Shown: piece after piece, positions 37,593 to 52,320 of the stretch
How positions within the stretch are numbered: position 1 is the stretch's first letter
How the letters are laid out: each line of letters begins with the position of its first letter
Source of the DNA: Eledone cirrhosa
Taxonomy: Eukaryota
Length of the DNA: 64,000 bases
Direction of reading: 5' to 3'
NCBI GenBank assembly: GCA_964016885.1
Contig: OZ024742.1
Coordinates: 261,330,001 to 261,394,000, forward strand
Translations under genes and position numbers: made by a program
The notes under the pieces: model-generated
Told to the model about the DNA's origin: nothing
Database searches by the model: none
What the model saw: only the letters and a program-made list of their open reading frames with translations

Positions 37593-37711
37593 GTGTCTGT
37601 CTTTAACCCTTTCAACCTTGTCCACCGCCCAATCTCTTTCGCCATGGCCACCAGGCAGATGAAAACCGCCTGCCCTTCCTCTTCGAAGGAAGACGGCGAG
37701 ACCATAATAAT

Positions 37712-37903
37712 AATAATTGTTTCTACTTTAGGCACAAGGCCAGCAATTACCCAGTGCATTACTGGTACTTTATTTTATCGACCTCGTAAGGATGAAAGGC
37801 TAAGTCAACCTCGGTGGGATTTGAACTCAGATCGTAAAGGGACGTAACTATGCTTCAAAGCATGGCGTCCGACTCTCTACCGATACTGCCAATCTACCGC
37901 CCT
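37712..37903 (-). mobile_element. SINE family A, full length
   Basis: Reverse complement of the family consensus; (AAT)n flanks. Confidence 0.9.
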
Positions 37904-38469
37904 TAATAATAATAATGATAAACAAAACTCAGTTACTTTAGTACTTCCCTATTTATTTTATTATACGTATTTCGAAGTTGTATAACATAAGTCAAAACAT
38001 ATTCTCGTCAGATAAAATCCACAGGAGATGTAGATATCATTTGTTATGCAGACGGTCAGACGAGCTATTCAGTTCGGTGGCCGGCAAACACCTCGACACA
38101 GAAGATATTATATGAGTGGGAAAAATAAAATTATAAATATATTCAAAGATAAATTGATTACGAAATTAGTAATTTAAAATTTTTCTTTATTATATAGTTA
38201 CATTATAACTTTAGCATCTTTGAATAATTTTTTAAATTTCTATAATTTCGATTTAGTATCTAGTTTAATCTAACATAAGTGATAAATAAATAAACTAACA
38301 CTCAACACCAGATATAACAACATATACATATATATTGACTCATACCTGTCGAATACCGGTATTCGTATTAGACTATTTTTCAGTAAAAAACGTGAGTTGT
38401 AGTCACTAACTTTATGGATGGATGCGTATATCTATGTATATAAGGATGGATATATGTATATACGAACGC

Positions 38470-38502
<33 letters not shown>

Positions 38503-38529
38503 TGTATGTATGTATGTATGTATGTATGT

Positions 38530-39294
38530 ATTGGAGCGTTTCCATCAGATGTGTCTCAGACGGATACATGGCGTTCGCTGGAGGGACCACATCAGTGATG
38601 TCGAGATTTTGGAAAGCTCTATGTGTGACAGTATAGAAGCTCTTGTGCTTAAGCAGCGACTCCGTTGGAGTGGTCACCTTGCCAGGATGAAGGATTCTAG
38701 AATACCAAAACAACTCTTCTATGGAGAGTTGGTTAAAGGAAAACGACCGCCACATAAACCAAAAAAGAGGTATAAGGATTCCTTGAAGGCCTCTCTGAAA
38801 GACGCTAACATCTCTGCTGATACATGGGAAAATATTGCTGCTGATCGTAATAAATGGAGAAAGACTGTATATGAGGGAAAAGTTGCCTTTGAGGCATCTC
38901 GAATCGCACACGAGAAAGTAAAGCGGGACGTGAGGAAGGGTATTGCTGTTGCACTTCCAGACGGCGAGGGTCCTCCTATGTTTCTGACATGCAGCGTCTG
39001 TGCGAGACTCTGCCTAAGCAAAGCTGGACTCGAAAGTCATCTTCGCAGTCATAAAGTAAGACCAGTGGTTGACTACCAGGCTGCTGTTGGAGATGCTACT
39101 CATCATGCTTGCCAAACATGTGGTAGAGAATGTAAATCAGCAGGAGGACTCAAGCGACATGCAAAAGTACACGAACTCCAACCACAGCCGACTATTCCCA
39201 GTAAATGTTTTGGTTGCCGACTCTGTGCAAGACATTTTGGATCATTGGCTGGGCTAAAAAGCCACATTCGATCGCAGCACTGTTAGTTGCTATC

Positions 39295-39332
<38 letters not shown>

Positions 39333-39411
39333 GCTTATGTGCGTGCGTGTGTGTGTATATATATATGAATATGTATATTATTATTGTTGTTGTCGTTATT
39401 ATTATTATTGC

Positions 39412-39463
<52 letters not shown>

Positions 39464-39527
39464 TTTTTTTTTTTTTTTTTTTTTTTATTGTGCAATGGCC
39501 ATACTCGATAACGAGGGGGCAGCCATC
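38530..39527 (+). mobile_element. RTE-clade LINE 3' portion in (TATG)n; ORF to 39286 ends in three C2H2 zinc fingers
   Basis: LERFHQMCLRRI..W.D..RLRWSGHLARMKDSRIPKQLFYGEL..KRYKD..DRNKWR; CSVC..HLRSH, CQTC..HAKVH, CRLC..HIRSQH. Confidence 0.9.
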
Positions 39528-39589
39528 ATGTATGTATGTATGTATGTATGTATGTATGTATGTATGTATGTATGTATGTATGTATGTAT

Positions 39590-40137
39590 GGTAACATGTA
39601 TCCCAGTACAACCTGTCTCATGGTCGGGTCGTTGGCGACTAAACTGGCAACCCCACCAGGTTTCTTGGTGAGGAGGGTGACTTTGGACATCCTGCAGGAC
39701 TAAAAACAAAACCTGTCAAAGGGCAAAGGGAGAGATGACCCCTTAGCCTTTGTCAAGGCAGAATTCTAGGAGAAGGAAAACTCTGATATAACACCTGCAA
39801 CTCTGATGGTATCCAATGATGTTGATTTGTTCTTCTTTTTGGTAAATATCATCTTGGTTAAGAGAGTGGGACTGGCTTTGTGCAGTGCCATTGCTCACTA
39901 TAAAAGCTTCACGGCACAGGCATTGCTTTATATCTGGAGATCTCTCTGCACTTGTCATCACATGGTACCATGGGCCCAGCACTATGTGTCAATAATTGTC
40001 ACACGTGTAGTGTTTGTACCAGAGTTTTCAAGTCGCTGGCTGGACTAAAAAGTCACACTCGTTCAGCACATCGGTAAGGGCTCTCCTACATGGATATAAA
40101 GTAGTGGCCGTACTCGAAAACGAGTTGGCAGCCACCA
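39590..40137 (+). mobile_element. RTE-derived short non-autonomous retroelement
   Basis: Closely matches 18969-19558; (TATG)n on both sides. Confidence 0.85.
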
Positions 40138-41004
40138 TGTATGTATGTATGTATGTATGTATGTATGTATGTATGTATGTATGTATGTATGTATGTATGT
40201 ATGTATGTATGTATGTACGTACGTATGTATATATATATATATATATATATATGAGTGTGTATGTATGTATGTATGTATATGTGTATGTAGGTATGTATGT
40301 ATGCATGTACGTATATGTATATGTATATAGGTACGTATGTATGTATGTGTGTATGTATGAGTGTGTGTGTATATGCATATATATATATATATATAAAATC
40401 AAGGGAATGCAAATACAGAAAAAATCTTAAAATAATTTTTTTTAAATTCACCGTATATATATATTAAGGTGTTACACATCTGTCTCGACAGTTCATTCTG
40501 TTGCTAAGCATGATGACAGTGACGTCAGAGAGATTCTAAAGAACATGCCGTTAGCACAACGCTCTTTCTAAATGAAAGAACTACGACAGAGAGTGAGAGG
40601 GGGAGGGGGGAGAAATGAGGGTGATAAGGAGTAATAGTGAAAGAGGGAAGGTGTCGAGAAGAGAATGGGAATTAGAGAGGAAGACAATGAGGAAAGACAT
40701 CTGGAAAGAACGAAAGAGAAAGGAGTGGAGAAGAGAAGGAGAGAGAGTGAGAAAGGGTGAGAGTGAGGGTAGGAGAGAAAGGGAAAGAGAATGGGAGAGA
40801 GAGAGAATAGGTATTAGTGAAGAGAAGTGTGAAGAGAGAAAGAATGAGACAAGTGTATGTTCAGAAAATAAACTTACCCCAAATCTATATATTGCTTAGT
40901 GTTTCAGTAATGTTATTTCATTAATTAACAATAAGTAAAATAAATAAATATATCATAAAATAAAATAAAAATGTAATGACTATCTTAAAAAGTTTATCTT
41001 AAAA

Positions 41005-41172
41005 ATAATTGTTTCTACTTTTGGCACAAGGCCAGCAATTACCCAGGGTACTTTATTTTATCGACCCCGGAAGGATGAAAGGCAAAGTTAACCCCGGCGG
41101 GATTTGAACTCAGATCATACAGGAAGGTAACTCTATGCTTCAAAACATGGCAACCGACCCTCTACCAATCCA
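41005..41172 (-). mobile_element. SINE family A
   Basis: Reverse complement of tail, body and B box; TTTATCTTAAAAATAAT on both flanks (TSD-like). Confidence 0.85.
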
Positions 41173-41229
41173 CAGTTTATCTTAAAAATAATAATCATAT
41201 CCCGGCTTCATGTATTACACACAGAACAT

Positions 41230-41530
41230 AACTATGGCATGGACCTCCGTCGGTTTTGACGATGAATGTTTCAGTTGTTTGATTTGTTTGATCAACGAAG
41301 CAGCCAGCCTATGAAGTTAATGTGCATGTGGCTGAGCATTCCACAGTCACGTGTGTCTTTAATGTAGATCTCAGGGAGATTCATTCTAGCAGTGTGTAAT
41401 CAAATCCAGCTCTTTGAATCGCAGGTATAACATGAAGTAAAGTGTCTTGCTCACGGAAACAACTTTCCACCGGGAGTCGAACTTACAATCTGACGTTCTA
41501 CAACCGAACACCCTAGCCACTAAATCATGT
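41230..41530 (-). mobile_element. SINE family B (CORE-like), diverged
   Basis: Aligns with 9930-10210 (AAGTGTCTTGCTCA, GGAGTCGAAC). Confidence 0.6.
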
Positions 41531-41639
41531 GTCGTCAAAAAGAAGCAGTTGTAATTGTTCTGAGTTTCGATAACAAATTTTAGTTTGTCAATTACTGTTC
41601 TACATCATATATATATACATACATACATACATATATATA

Positions 41640-44015
41640 TTCAGTATTGGCCCAGGCCATGTCTAACTTAATAGCACCACCTGGCGAAGTCTTACAAATC
41701 AGGGTTTGGGCACCATGGCCCACTCGAGCAGAGAGTTATTGTTTACGGAGGCATATCCGGGTGTAGGAGGCTTATCCGGGATTTCTTGAAGGAATTTGTC
41801 CAAATACTTCTTGAACTTGATGGGGTCTGTTTCTGTTTTGATGTGTTTTGGTGTAATGTTAAAGAGAGCAGGGCCAATTTAGGTGAAATAATTGTGCCGT
41901 ATTGTTGTTATGAGATGCGAGTGAGATTTTTGTCGTGGGCGGATAGCGTGGGGCCCAAGCCTTGGGTGTACATTAAAGGTGATGCCAACATCATTTGGGC
42001 AAAGCTGATGGAATATTTTCCACATTATGCAGATAACGTAGCGCTCACGGCGACGTTGAAGAGAATAAAGTTTGAGCTTTTCTAATCGACCCCAATAGTC
42101 AAGGCCTGTCATGCCAACTATCTTTTTTGTAATCGATCTTTGGAGTGCTTCAACTTTCATGAAACTTTGTTTCGTGTGGGGAGACCACAGTGGACAACAG
42201 TATTCAATGTGGGGTCGGGCAAAAGTGGAGAAGAGAAGGATAACAGTGTGGATATCTCTCGACTGGAAGGTTCTGAGAATCCAGGGCACATTCTGCGGAC
42301 CATGTCAACTTTGCTGTTTATATTGAGTGGCCCAGCTTATGTTGTTGTCCACAATTACTCCCAGGTCTCTAGTGTTGTTGGATGCCACTAGAGTTTCACC
42401 CGAAGGAAGAGAGTATGGTAGTTTCAGGGCATCCTTTTTTCCAAAGTGGATTAATTCAAACTTATCCTCATGCAACGGTCACCCACCTCATTGATGACCC
42501 TTTGGTGCTTGGAATCATCTGCGAAGATTCTTATGTTGCTGTGCTTGATGATGTCAGTAATGTCATTAATGTAGATGATGAAAAGAAGTGGGCCCAACAC
42601 AGTGCCTTGTGGGACGCCACTGCTGACTTTAGCAGGGCTTGATTTTACTCCTTCGACTACAACATGCTGGGTTCTGTCTGTCAGGAAACATTTGATCCAC
42701 TGTAGTAACTTTCCAGAGACACCAATATTGGATAGTTTTTTCAGTATAATCTTATGATCAACCCTGTCAAAGGCCTTGCTGAAATCAAGGTAGATGACAT
42801 CAGTGTTGGAGCCCTCTCCCAAGGCTCTCAAAACATCGTCAAAGTAATGCAGGAGCTGCGTTAGGCAGTCTCTTCCATTACGGAACCCATGTTGGTTGCA
42901 GTTCAGCAGGCCGTTGTTTTCAAGAAAGTGGGCTATTCGTGGTCTCACCACCCTCTCAAGTACCTTGATAATATGAGAGGTGAGTGAGATCGGGCGGTAG
43001 TTCACTGCAAAGGACTTATTTCCCTTTTTGAAGACTGGGACAACGGACTGGGACAGAAAGTTTTCAGGGATATAGCCAGTATCCAGTGAGTTCCTCTACA
43101 GATTAACAAGAGGAGATGCAAGTTGGTGTCGACGCACCTTCAGGACACAAGCAGGGATCCTGCCGGGGCCTACTGCTGAATTGTGTTTAATTTCGTTTAT
43201 TGCCGTTAAGACATCAGGGGCGCCAAACGTTATGTCTGATATAGTGTGTTGGGGATTAACATCACTGATACAGCCCAGATCGGCCATATCAGGATTGCTG
43301 AAAACAGGGCAGTATTGTTTCTGCAGTATCTCGCCCATGGTTTTGGCATTATCTTGGAGTGTGCCATTTGGAGTGGGCCAACAGTGGAGACAGTGACCTT
43401 GTGTTTTTTAGCAAATGAAAAGAACACTTTGGGGTTGAGTTTGATTTTCTCAATGGCCCACCTCTCTTCAGCTGTTCTCTGGTTATTGATGATGGTCTTC
43501 ATACATTGTTGGAGGTTATATTTTTGTTATTCAAGCAGTGCGATAGCCATTGAATGTGTGTGTTGCTGTTGGCAGTATTTTAGTGTGTTAATTTTTTGGT
43601 TTGTTCGTTTTATTTTTCTGATAATTGTTTTTCTGTTTTGAGGGATACTGCACTTAGTTTTCTTCACAGGTTTTAGTGGGGTGTGTTTTGTACATATATT
43701 TGTGACAGTGCATACAAAGATCTGCCAAGATGTTTTGATGTTGGTGGAAATGTGTGCGTGTGTAAAAGACCAGTCAACATATGATAGTTCGTTCATAATT
43801 GCATCCCAGTTGGCATTGTAGAGATCCATAGAGGTCCCTAAGATTAGCTTTCAGCTGGTGGAATCTCAGCTTACAAAGAACCATGTCGTGGTCTGAGAGA
43901 AGGGTCTTTTCCACTGTAATATTATGTATAGTGTTAGTGTGGTTACTAAACACTAGATCCAGAATGTTCTTCTGATGCCTTGTTGGTGCAAGTTGGGACA
44001 AGAAAAACTCATTCA
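41640..44015 (-). mobile_element. CR1-group LINE, 5'-truncated, frameshifted
   Basis: NYRPISLTSHIIKVLERVV, QHGFRNGRDCLTQLL, YLDFSKAFDRVDH, SGVPQGTVLGPLLFIIYIND, FADD; APE tail ILDLVFSN..SDHDMV; LYSLQRRRER. Confidence 0.9.
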
Positions 44016-44033
44016 TACTGCCAATCCAATGTA

Positions 44034-44222
44034 TAATAATTGTTTCTACTTTTGACACAAGGCCAGCAATTACCCCAGTGTATTACTGGTACTTTATTTT
44101 ATCGACCCTGTAAGGATGAAAGGCAAAGTTAACCTCGGCGGGATTTGAACTCAGAAAGTGAAGGGCCATAACTCAATGCTGCAAAGCATGGAGTCCGTTC
44201 CTCTACCGACACTGCCAATCCA
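44034..44222 (-). mobile_element. SINE family A
   Basis: Reverse complement of the family consensus. Confidence 0.88.
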
Positions 44223-44466
44223 ATGTATAATAATGAACATTGGATTAATTTTGATTTTTTTTTCTCTCGAAATTTCAAAGTTCGGAAAAAAGAAAAGAAA
44301 AGCAAACATTAAACGTGGTAAAAATATTTAAGTAGCCGTTCTTGTTTCACAGAAACATTAACAATAATGGATTGGTTAATTGATGACAATTTCATAAATT
44401 TAATCCAATAATACTATCTCATTCTCTCTTTCTCACTGATTCTCTCTCTCCCTGACTCTCTCTCAC

Positions 44467-45394
<928 letters not shown>

Positions 45395-45699
45395 TATATC
45401 AGCTCCTGTCCGTCTCTGTCTCTCTCTTTCTTTCTTTCTTTCTCTCAGCCCCCCCCCCTCTCTGTCTGTCTCCTTCTCTGTCTCACTCTCTTTTTCTCAC
45501 ATCTGATATCAATTCAAGATTATCTTTAAATGTATAATACCTATTTTTAAAAACATCTTATCAACACGACCACTACCGACAACAATATCAACTACAACAG
45601 TTAAAACAACAATGACACAGTCAACCAGTCAACCAGTCAGCCCGCAAACCACTCAGTTAGCCAGCCGCCCAGTCAATAAACCAGTTGTTAAACAAAAAA

Positions 45700-46240
45700 A
45701 AAACGACACGCTGCCAGCAACAAACAAGAATTTGCATCGAGCTAGTCGCTTCCTTCAGGGGCGAAGCGGATGGTAAAAAAATGGTCACATGGCAAGCTTC
45801 AAAGCGTCATCTGACGTTGTATGGTAACATGCTGTACAATTGGAGCGAAGTCACAAATGCATCAATTGAGACAGAATATTTGGGAGTGAGGCTTACCATC
45901 ACACAGGAGGCCACACCCTACTTCCTAATACCAGCAAGAAGTGATGATGCCCTCCTATTGCGACCAAAGATTGGTGATGGTCAGAGTGACCCAGGTGCCG
46001 TGCAATAGCAACTTCCTGAAGTTTTTTCTGAAGGCCTTCGGGATAAAAAGGGAGAACTAGTTTGGAATATGTATGGAGCTATTCATCAAAACAGACTAAC
46101 AATACATCGAGGCAATCTCCAGCGTAATAGACCTCTCAGACGGCACCCATCTCCCCACTATCGTGGAAAGCAGAGAGCCAAAGAATCACACATGTGGCAC
46201 AAAAACCCACCTAAAGGGTTTCTGCCCACAGCATACAGAT
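45700..46240 (+). pseudogene. Degenerate LINE ORF1-like remnant
   Basis: IVESREPKNHTCGTKTHLKGFCP resembles the knuckle region VEGRRPSCYHCSRSGHLRASCP of the Tx1 ORF1. Confidence 0.4.
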
Positions 46241-47025
46241 GACGCGAGAGAGAAGCCCCCCCCTCTCATACCAACTTAGAATCCCCTACGGTGAACAACA
46301 ACATAAGCAGTAATGACCACAGCAACTACAAAGTTATTGACGCACTGGGGATAGACATATTGTCTTTAATGAGTTGAAACGTCCGAGACCCCAGCAGACA
46401 ACTGAAGAGGGGGCCTGACTCTTGTTTGTGCCTTCCTTTCATTTAACCACACAGCACTTGGTTTCTTCTAATTTTTTTATTAATTTTTTACTGTGACCTG
46501 TTTTATTCTCTCTAATCTCTCCCTTTTACTTTTAACTCTTTTCCTTCCTCTCTCCCTTTCTCTCCCTTTCTCTCTCTCTCTCTCTCTCTCCCTCTCCCAT
46601 TCACGTGTCCTCTTTCTCTGCTCCTTTACTGCTTCCGTTTTCTGTCGTCTCTTCCTCTTTTCGCTGCTCCCGCCGAGGTTAGACGTGTTTTTCTTGCTGT
46701 TAATAAGTCCCTGGACTTATGCCCAGCCGCCGGTTTAACTTTTCTCCCCTCTCTCTCTCCCCTGGTTACTTTACATACATGTGCTGCTCCTCGTGTTCCC
46801 CACCTTTCTATCGGTATGTTTTCTGCGTTTTTTTCTTCTTGTTTTTCACTTCTGTTTAATTCATTTTCTCTTTTTTTTTCTCTCCCCAATAACTTACAAA
46901 GTTATTGGCGCACTGGTGATAGACGTATTGTCTTTAAACATCCAAGACCCCCAACAGACAACTGAAGAGGGGACCTGTCTCTTGTTTGCGCTTTCCTTTC
47001 ATTTATATATATATATATATATATA

Positions 47026-47615
47026 TAATTGTTTCTACTTTAGGCACAAGGCCAGCAATTACCCAGTATACTTTATTTTATCGACCCCGTAAGGATGAAA
47101 GGCAAAGTTAACCTCGGCGGAATTTGAACTCAGACCATAAAGGGCCGTAACTCTTTGCTGCAAAGCATGGCGTCCGACCCTCTACCGATACTACCAATCC
47201 ACCACCAGTGGATATATGATATATATATATAATGATTCTACTTTTGGCACAAGGCCAGCAATTACCCGAGTGCATTACTGGTGCTTTATTTTATCGACAC
47301 CGTAAAGATGAAAGGCAAATTATATATCGACCCCGTAAGGATGAAAGGCAAAGTTTTGAACTCAGAATGGCAAGGGCCGTAACTCTTTGCTGCAAAGCAT
47401 GGCGTCAGACCCTCTACCGATACTGCCAATCCACCATAATAATAATAATAAAAAGGACGATTTGTTATGTCTTCATTACAAATCGTCCTTTTTATTATTA
47501 TTATTAATATTACACGGTTAACTTTGCCTTTCATCCTTACAGGGTCGATAAAATAAAGTACCAGTAATGCACTGGGTAATTGCTGGCCTTGTGCCTAAAG
47601 TAGAAATAATTATTA
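47026..47615. mobile_element. Cluster of three SINE A copies (47026-47203 -, 47231-47436 - rearranged, 47515-47615 +)
   Basis: Family motifs in each; small fold-back at 47438-47505 between copies. Confidence 0.85.
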
Positions 47616-47906
47616 TTAATATTACACTCTGCTTAGAAACAATTATTAATATTAGTAGAAACAATTAATATTAGTAGAAACAATTATTAATATTACACTC
47701 TGCTTAGTTCTACACCTCTCTACCTACTGGAAACTACGCATCGGGTGCTCACCCTGGTGAACCTACAGTAACTGGACGTTATATTCCCTAGTTATATATA
47801 CATATATATAAATGAAGTAATTCCGTCGGAAAGGTCCAGGAAAAAAGAGTGCTCTATGTAGGTTACAGAGCTTAATAGTTATGTAATAAACAACATAAGG
47901 TAATTA

Positions 47907-47967
47907 TTTCATTTACCAGTGGTTTCTTGAAAGCAAACAAATTTTGCTTTCAATCATCAGAATCAAA
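47907..47967 (-). ncRNA. Type I hammerhead ribozyme (predicted), likely Penelope pLTR
   Basis: Minus strand: tttgatt CTGATGA ttgaaagcaaa atttg tttgctttcaa GAAA ccactgg TA aatgaaa; perfect 11-bp stem II, ACCA-C-TGGT stem III, GUA site, stem I 6 of 7 paired. Confidence 0.78.
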
Positions 47968-48173
47968 AAAATCCTGGTGTATTTATTGACATAGGATTTT
48001 AAAAACAAAAATATAATCTATATGAAAGTGAGGCTGGAAAAGGAAGAAGGAAAGGAAAAATAAACACGCATGCACACACACACACATATACATACACACA
48101 CACATACACATACACACATATATATATATATATATATATACATACATATACATACACATATATATTTATATAC

Positions 48174-48206
<33 letters not shown>

Positions 48207-48330
48207 CATACATACACATATACATACACGTACAAATACACATACATATACATATATTTACATACACACATATATATCCACATATCCATACATACACATA
48301 CGCACAAATACACAAACACACACAACACAC

Positions 48331-48395
<65 letters not shown>

Positions 48396-48918
48396 ATCAT
48401 ACATATATACACACGTACATACGCACACATACATTCACACATATATACACGCATACATATGCACACACAAATATAGATATATGTACACACACCTACATAC
48501 GCACACACAAAAAATATAATAGGCGACCATATAGGCCGTCACATAAGAATAAAAATAAATGTAAAAATTATTATAAAGTTGACAGCGATACAGGAAACAA
48601 ATAAATGAACAAACACACGTGGTAAGCAATACACACAATTACACATACACATACATACATATAAAAAAATACATACACACACATACACATACATATACAC
48701 ATACATATACATACACATATACATACACATACATACATATATATATATACATACATATATATACATATATATACATATATACATATATATACATACATAC
48801 ACACACACACATACATATAAATACATACACACACATGTATGTGTGTAAAACTCATTCTTAGATGTATTCATTGAACCATATTTAACTCTTAAATATATAC
48901 ATATATATATACACACAC

Positions 48919-48995
<77 letters not shown>

Positions 48996-49504
48996 AAAAT
49001 ACATAAATATTATATATATATATATATAAATAAAAAGGTGAAAGGGGTAAACAAATAGTTGGGAATACGGCAAATAATAAATAAATAAATAAATAAATAG
49101 ATAAGGGTATAAATGGTTATAGCTGGTTTAGAGCACTCAATAAGTTCCTGGAGCAAATAAACAATGAAAATAAGCATTAAATCCCTCTGTATGTAATTAT
49201 ACATATGCATACACATATATATATATATATATACACACACACACGCACACACACAACCATACAAATACACACATATATACATACATATACACACATATAC
49301 ATATATATATATATATACATATAGGAAAAAGTATGACCCCGACGGCAGAGCTCAAGCCGTTTCTGATAGGCTCAAGCCGTTTCTATATAAATACATACAA
49401 ACATATATATATAAAAATACACATATCACACACTCACACATATCTACAAAAGTTACGTCACCACCTTAATAAAAATACGCACATATAAACACACACACAC
49501 ACAC

Positions 49505-49535
<31 letters not shown>

Positions 49536-49934
49536 TATATATACACACACACAATTACAACAGATACATATAAAAAATACAATTATATACACACATACAT
49601 ATACATACAGATATATATAATTATATATACATATACATATACATACATATATATATATATATACATATATACACATATACACAACACACACACAGAAATA
49701 AATATCTAAAAATAAAAAGGTGGGTATGTAAAGGGTAAGGTAGAAAGTAGGAGGGTGGATAAGGAAAATAAATGACATAGGAAAAAGTTTAAATATAAGG
49801 GGAGATAAGGGAGAAAAAGAATATAAGAGTACAGAAAGTGAGTTCAGAAAATAATAAAATCGTAATGGATGTAAGGCGTAGAGAGCAGAGAAGAAGTTTA
49901 AGGTGGTTGAGTCATCGTAGGAATGTCAATCCAG

Positions 49935-50270
49935 TTACAGATCAGATGTGATTTCAGTTGAAGTGGCTTTCAAGTTTTGTAAAATCCTAAATTTTTCAGT
50001 GGTACACAAAGAACAATTCTTTGCGCCCCTTTGGTACTTCCTCGAATGGTCTAAAATAGACCAATCGATAGAGTACGGGATGTTTTTATCCTTGAATTCC
50101 AACACCTTATTTGCGAGAGCCGTTGCTGTTCTTTTATCGGAGTGTTTAAAAGAAGCGACATGTGCATAAAACTTGGTTTTAAACCTGTCCTGAGTCATGC
50201 CAACATATCGTTCACTCCTGGCTGGCTGGTTGTTAATTAAAGGTGTCACTTTGGCCTCATATACAACACA
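49935..50270 (-). pseudogene. Penelope-like element GIY-YIG endonuclease fragment
   Basis: VVYEAKV..RYVGMTQDRFKTKFYAH..SF..TALAN..WSIL..CSLCTTEKFRIL. Confidence 0.8.
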
Positions 50271-50360
50271 CACACATATATGTGTCATCATTGAAATATA
50301 TATAACAGCATTATTATTAAAGAACTTGAACATCTGAAACTACTTCGCTTTTACTTATTC

Positions 50361-50430
<70 letters not shown>

Positions 50431-50822
50431 CATGTATACATGCACACACACATGTATTACGTACATTGATCGTTAATTTCCCGCGGGAACTGAAGGGTCA
50501 GAAGTTCAAACAACGATGTTTGGCCATCATGCTATCAGAGAATAACTTTATCATTAAGGTTAAATGAAGCTACATGAGATCACAACAAACACTTCTCCTA
50601 CTCCTCCTTGTCCTCGTCTTCACCCACCCATACACCATCGTGTGAGCGATGTATCTTACTGTCAATGCATGTGTGTGTGTGTGTGCGCGCGCGCGTGTGT
50701 GTGCGTTAGCGCGTGCGCTTTAATATTCTACATCACTGCCAGCCTCCTGTCTGTCTACCTATCTCCCCTCCCCGTTCTATATCGCTTTCGACTCTTCTCT
50801 CTCTCTCTCTCTCCCTCTCTCC

Positions 50823-50858
<36 letters not shown>

Positions 50859-51062
50859 CTCTCTCTATCTATCTATCTCTCTCTATCTATCTATCTATAT
50901 CTATCTATCTATCTTTCTATCGATCTATCTATCTATCTGTCTATATGTCTATTTATTCAACTCTATTTCTCTTTACTCTTTTATTTTACTGATTGTACTC
51001 ATTCTTCATGGTACATATTTTATCAATTTCTTTTTCACGCACCAGAGATACAATTAAAGTGT

Positions 51063-51124
<62 letters not shown>

Positions 51125-51613
51125 AGTGACGTCTCACAAAAGTCTAGAATCGGCTTAAACTATAGATCAAAGTATCAGTTGAAGGTTTAACAATATTGCG
51201 TTAGCTTTTATAAAGTCGTTTTACAGTCGTTGATTTTACAGAACAAAGAAAAATTGATATTATTTGAAATTAATCTACCCTCCAGCTTTTATCCATACAC
51301 TACTTACAGACCATACTAATGAAGCTAAACACTTCCGAAGCAATGTTATGCGGTATATTGCTGTGTTTCAGATGACGTCCTTTGGAGCTAAAAAAGATCA
51401 TACTGACTATGGTTAGTTCACAACATTTAAAAAGCCAAGGCCAATGCTACCATTTAATCGGCAGTTTACTCACCCAGCCTAATAAGGAAGTTTTATGATT
51501 GTTTTTTTTATGCCTCTCTCACACACACTTACACACATTGCGGTATCACCTCATACCAGACAACATGTCCAATACAGTTGTTTTCTCTTTTATCCATCTT
51601 CTCTTAACTATTC

Positions 51614-51642
51614 TCCCGGGCGAAGCCGGATATTTCAGCTAG
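51614..51642 (+). mobile_element. Helitron-like 3' terminus
   Basis: CCGGGCGAAGCCGG hairpin followed by CTAG; 5' end not located. Confidence 0.45.

Positions 51643-52320
<678 letters not shown>

Noticed and set aside
38474-39286. Possible host C2H2 zinc-finger gene
   Set aside because: The fingers are fused to an RTE C-terminal domain and followed by a retrotransposon tail; the apparent start lies in (TATG)n.
46350-46425. GAAACGTC...CTGAAGA as a permuted hammerhead
   Set aside because: Stems I and II cannot be paired, and the sister repeat lacks GAAAC.
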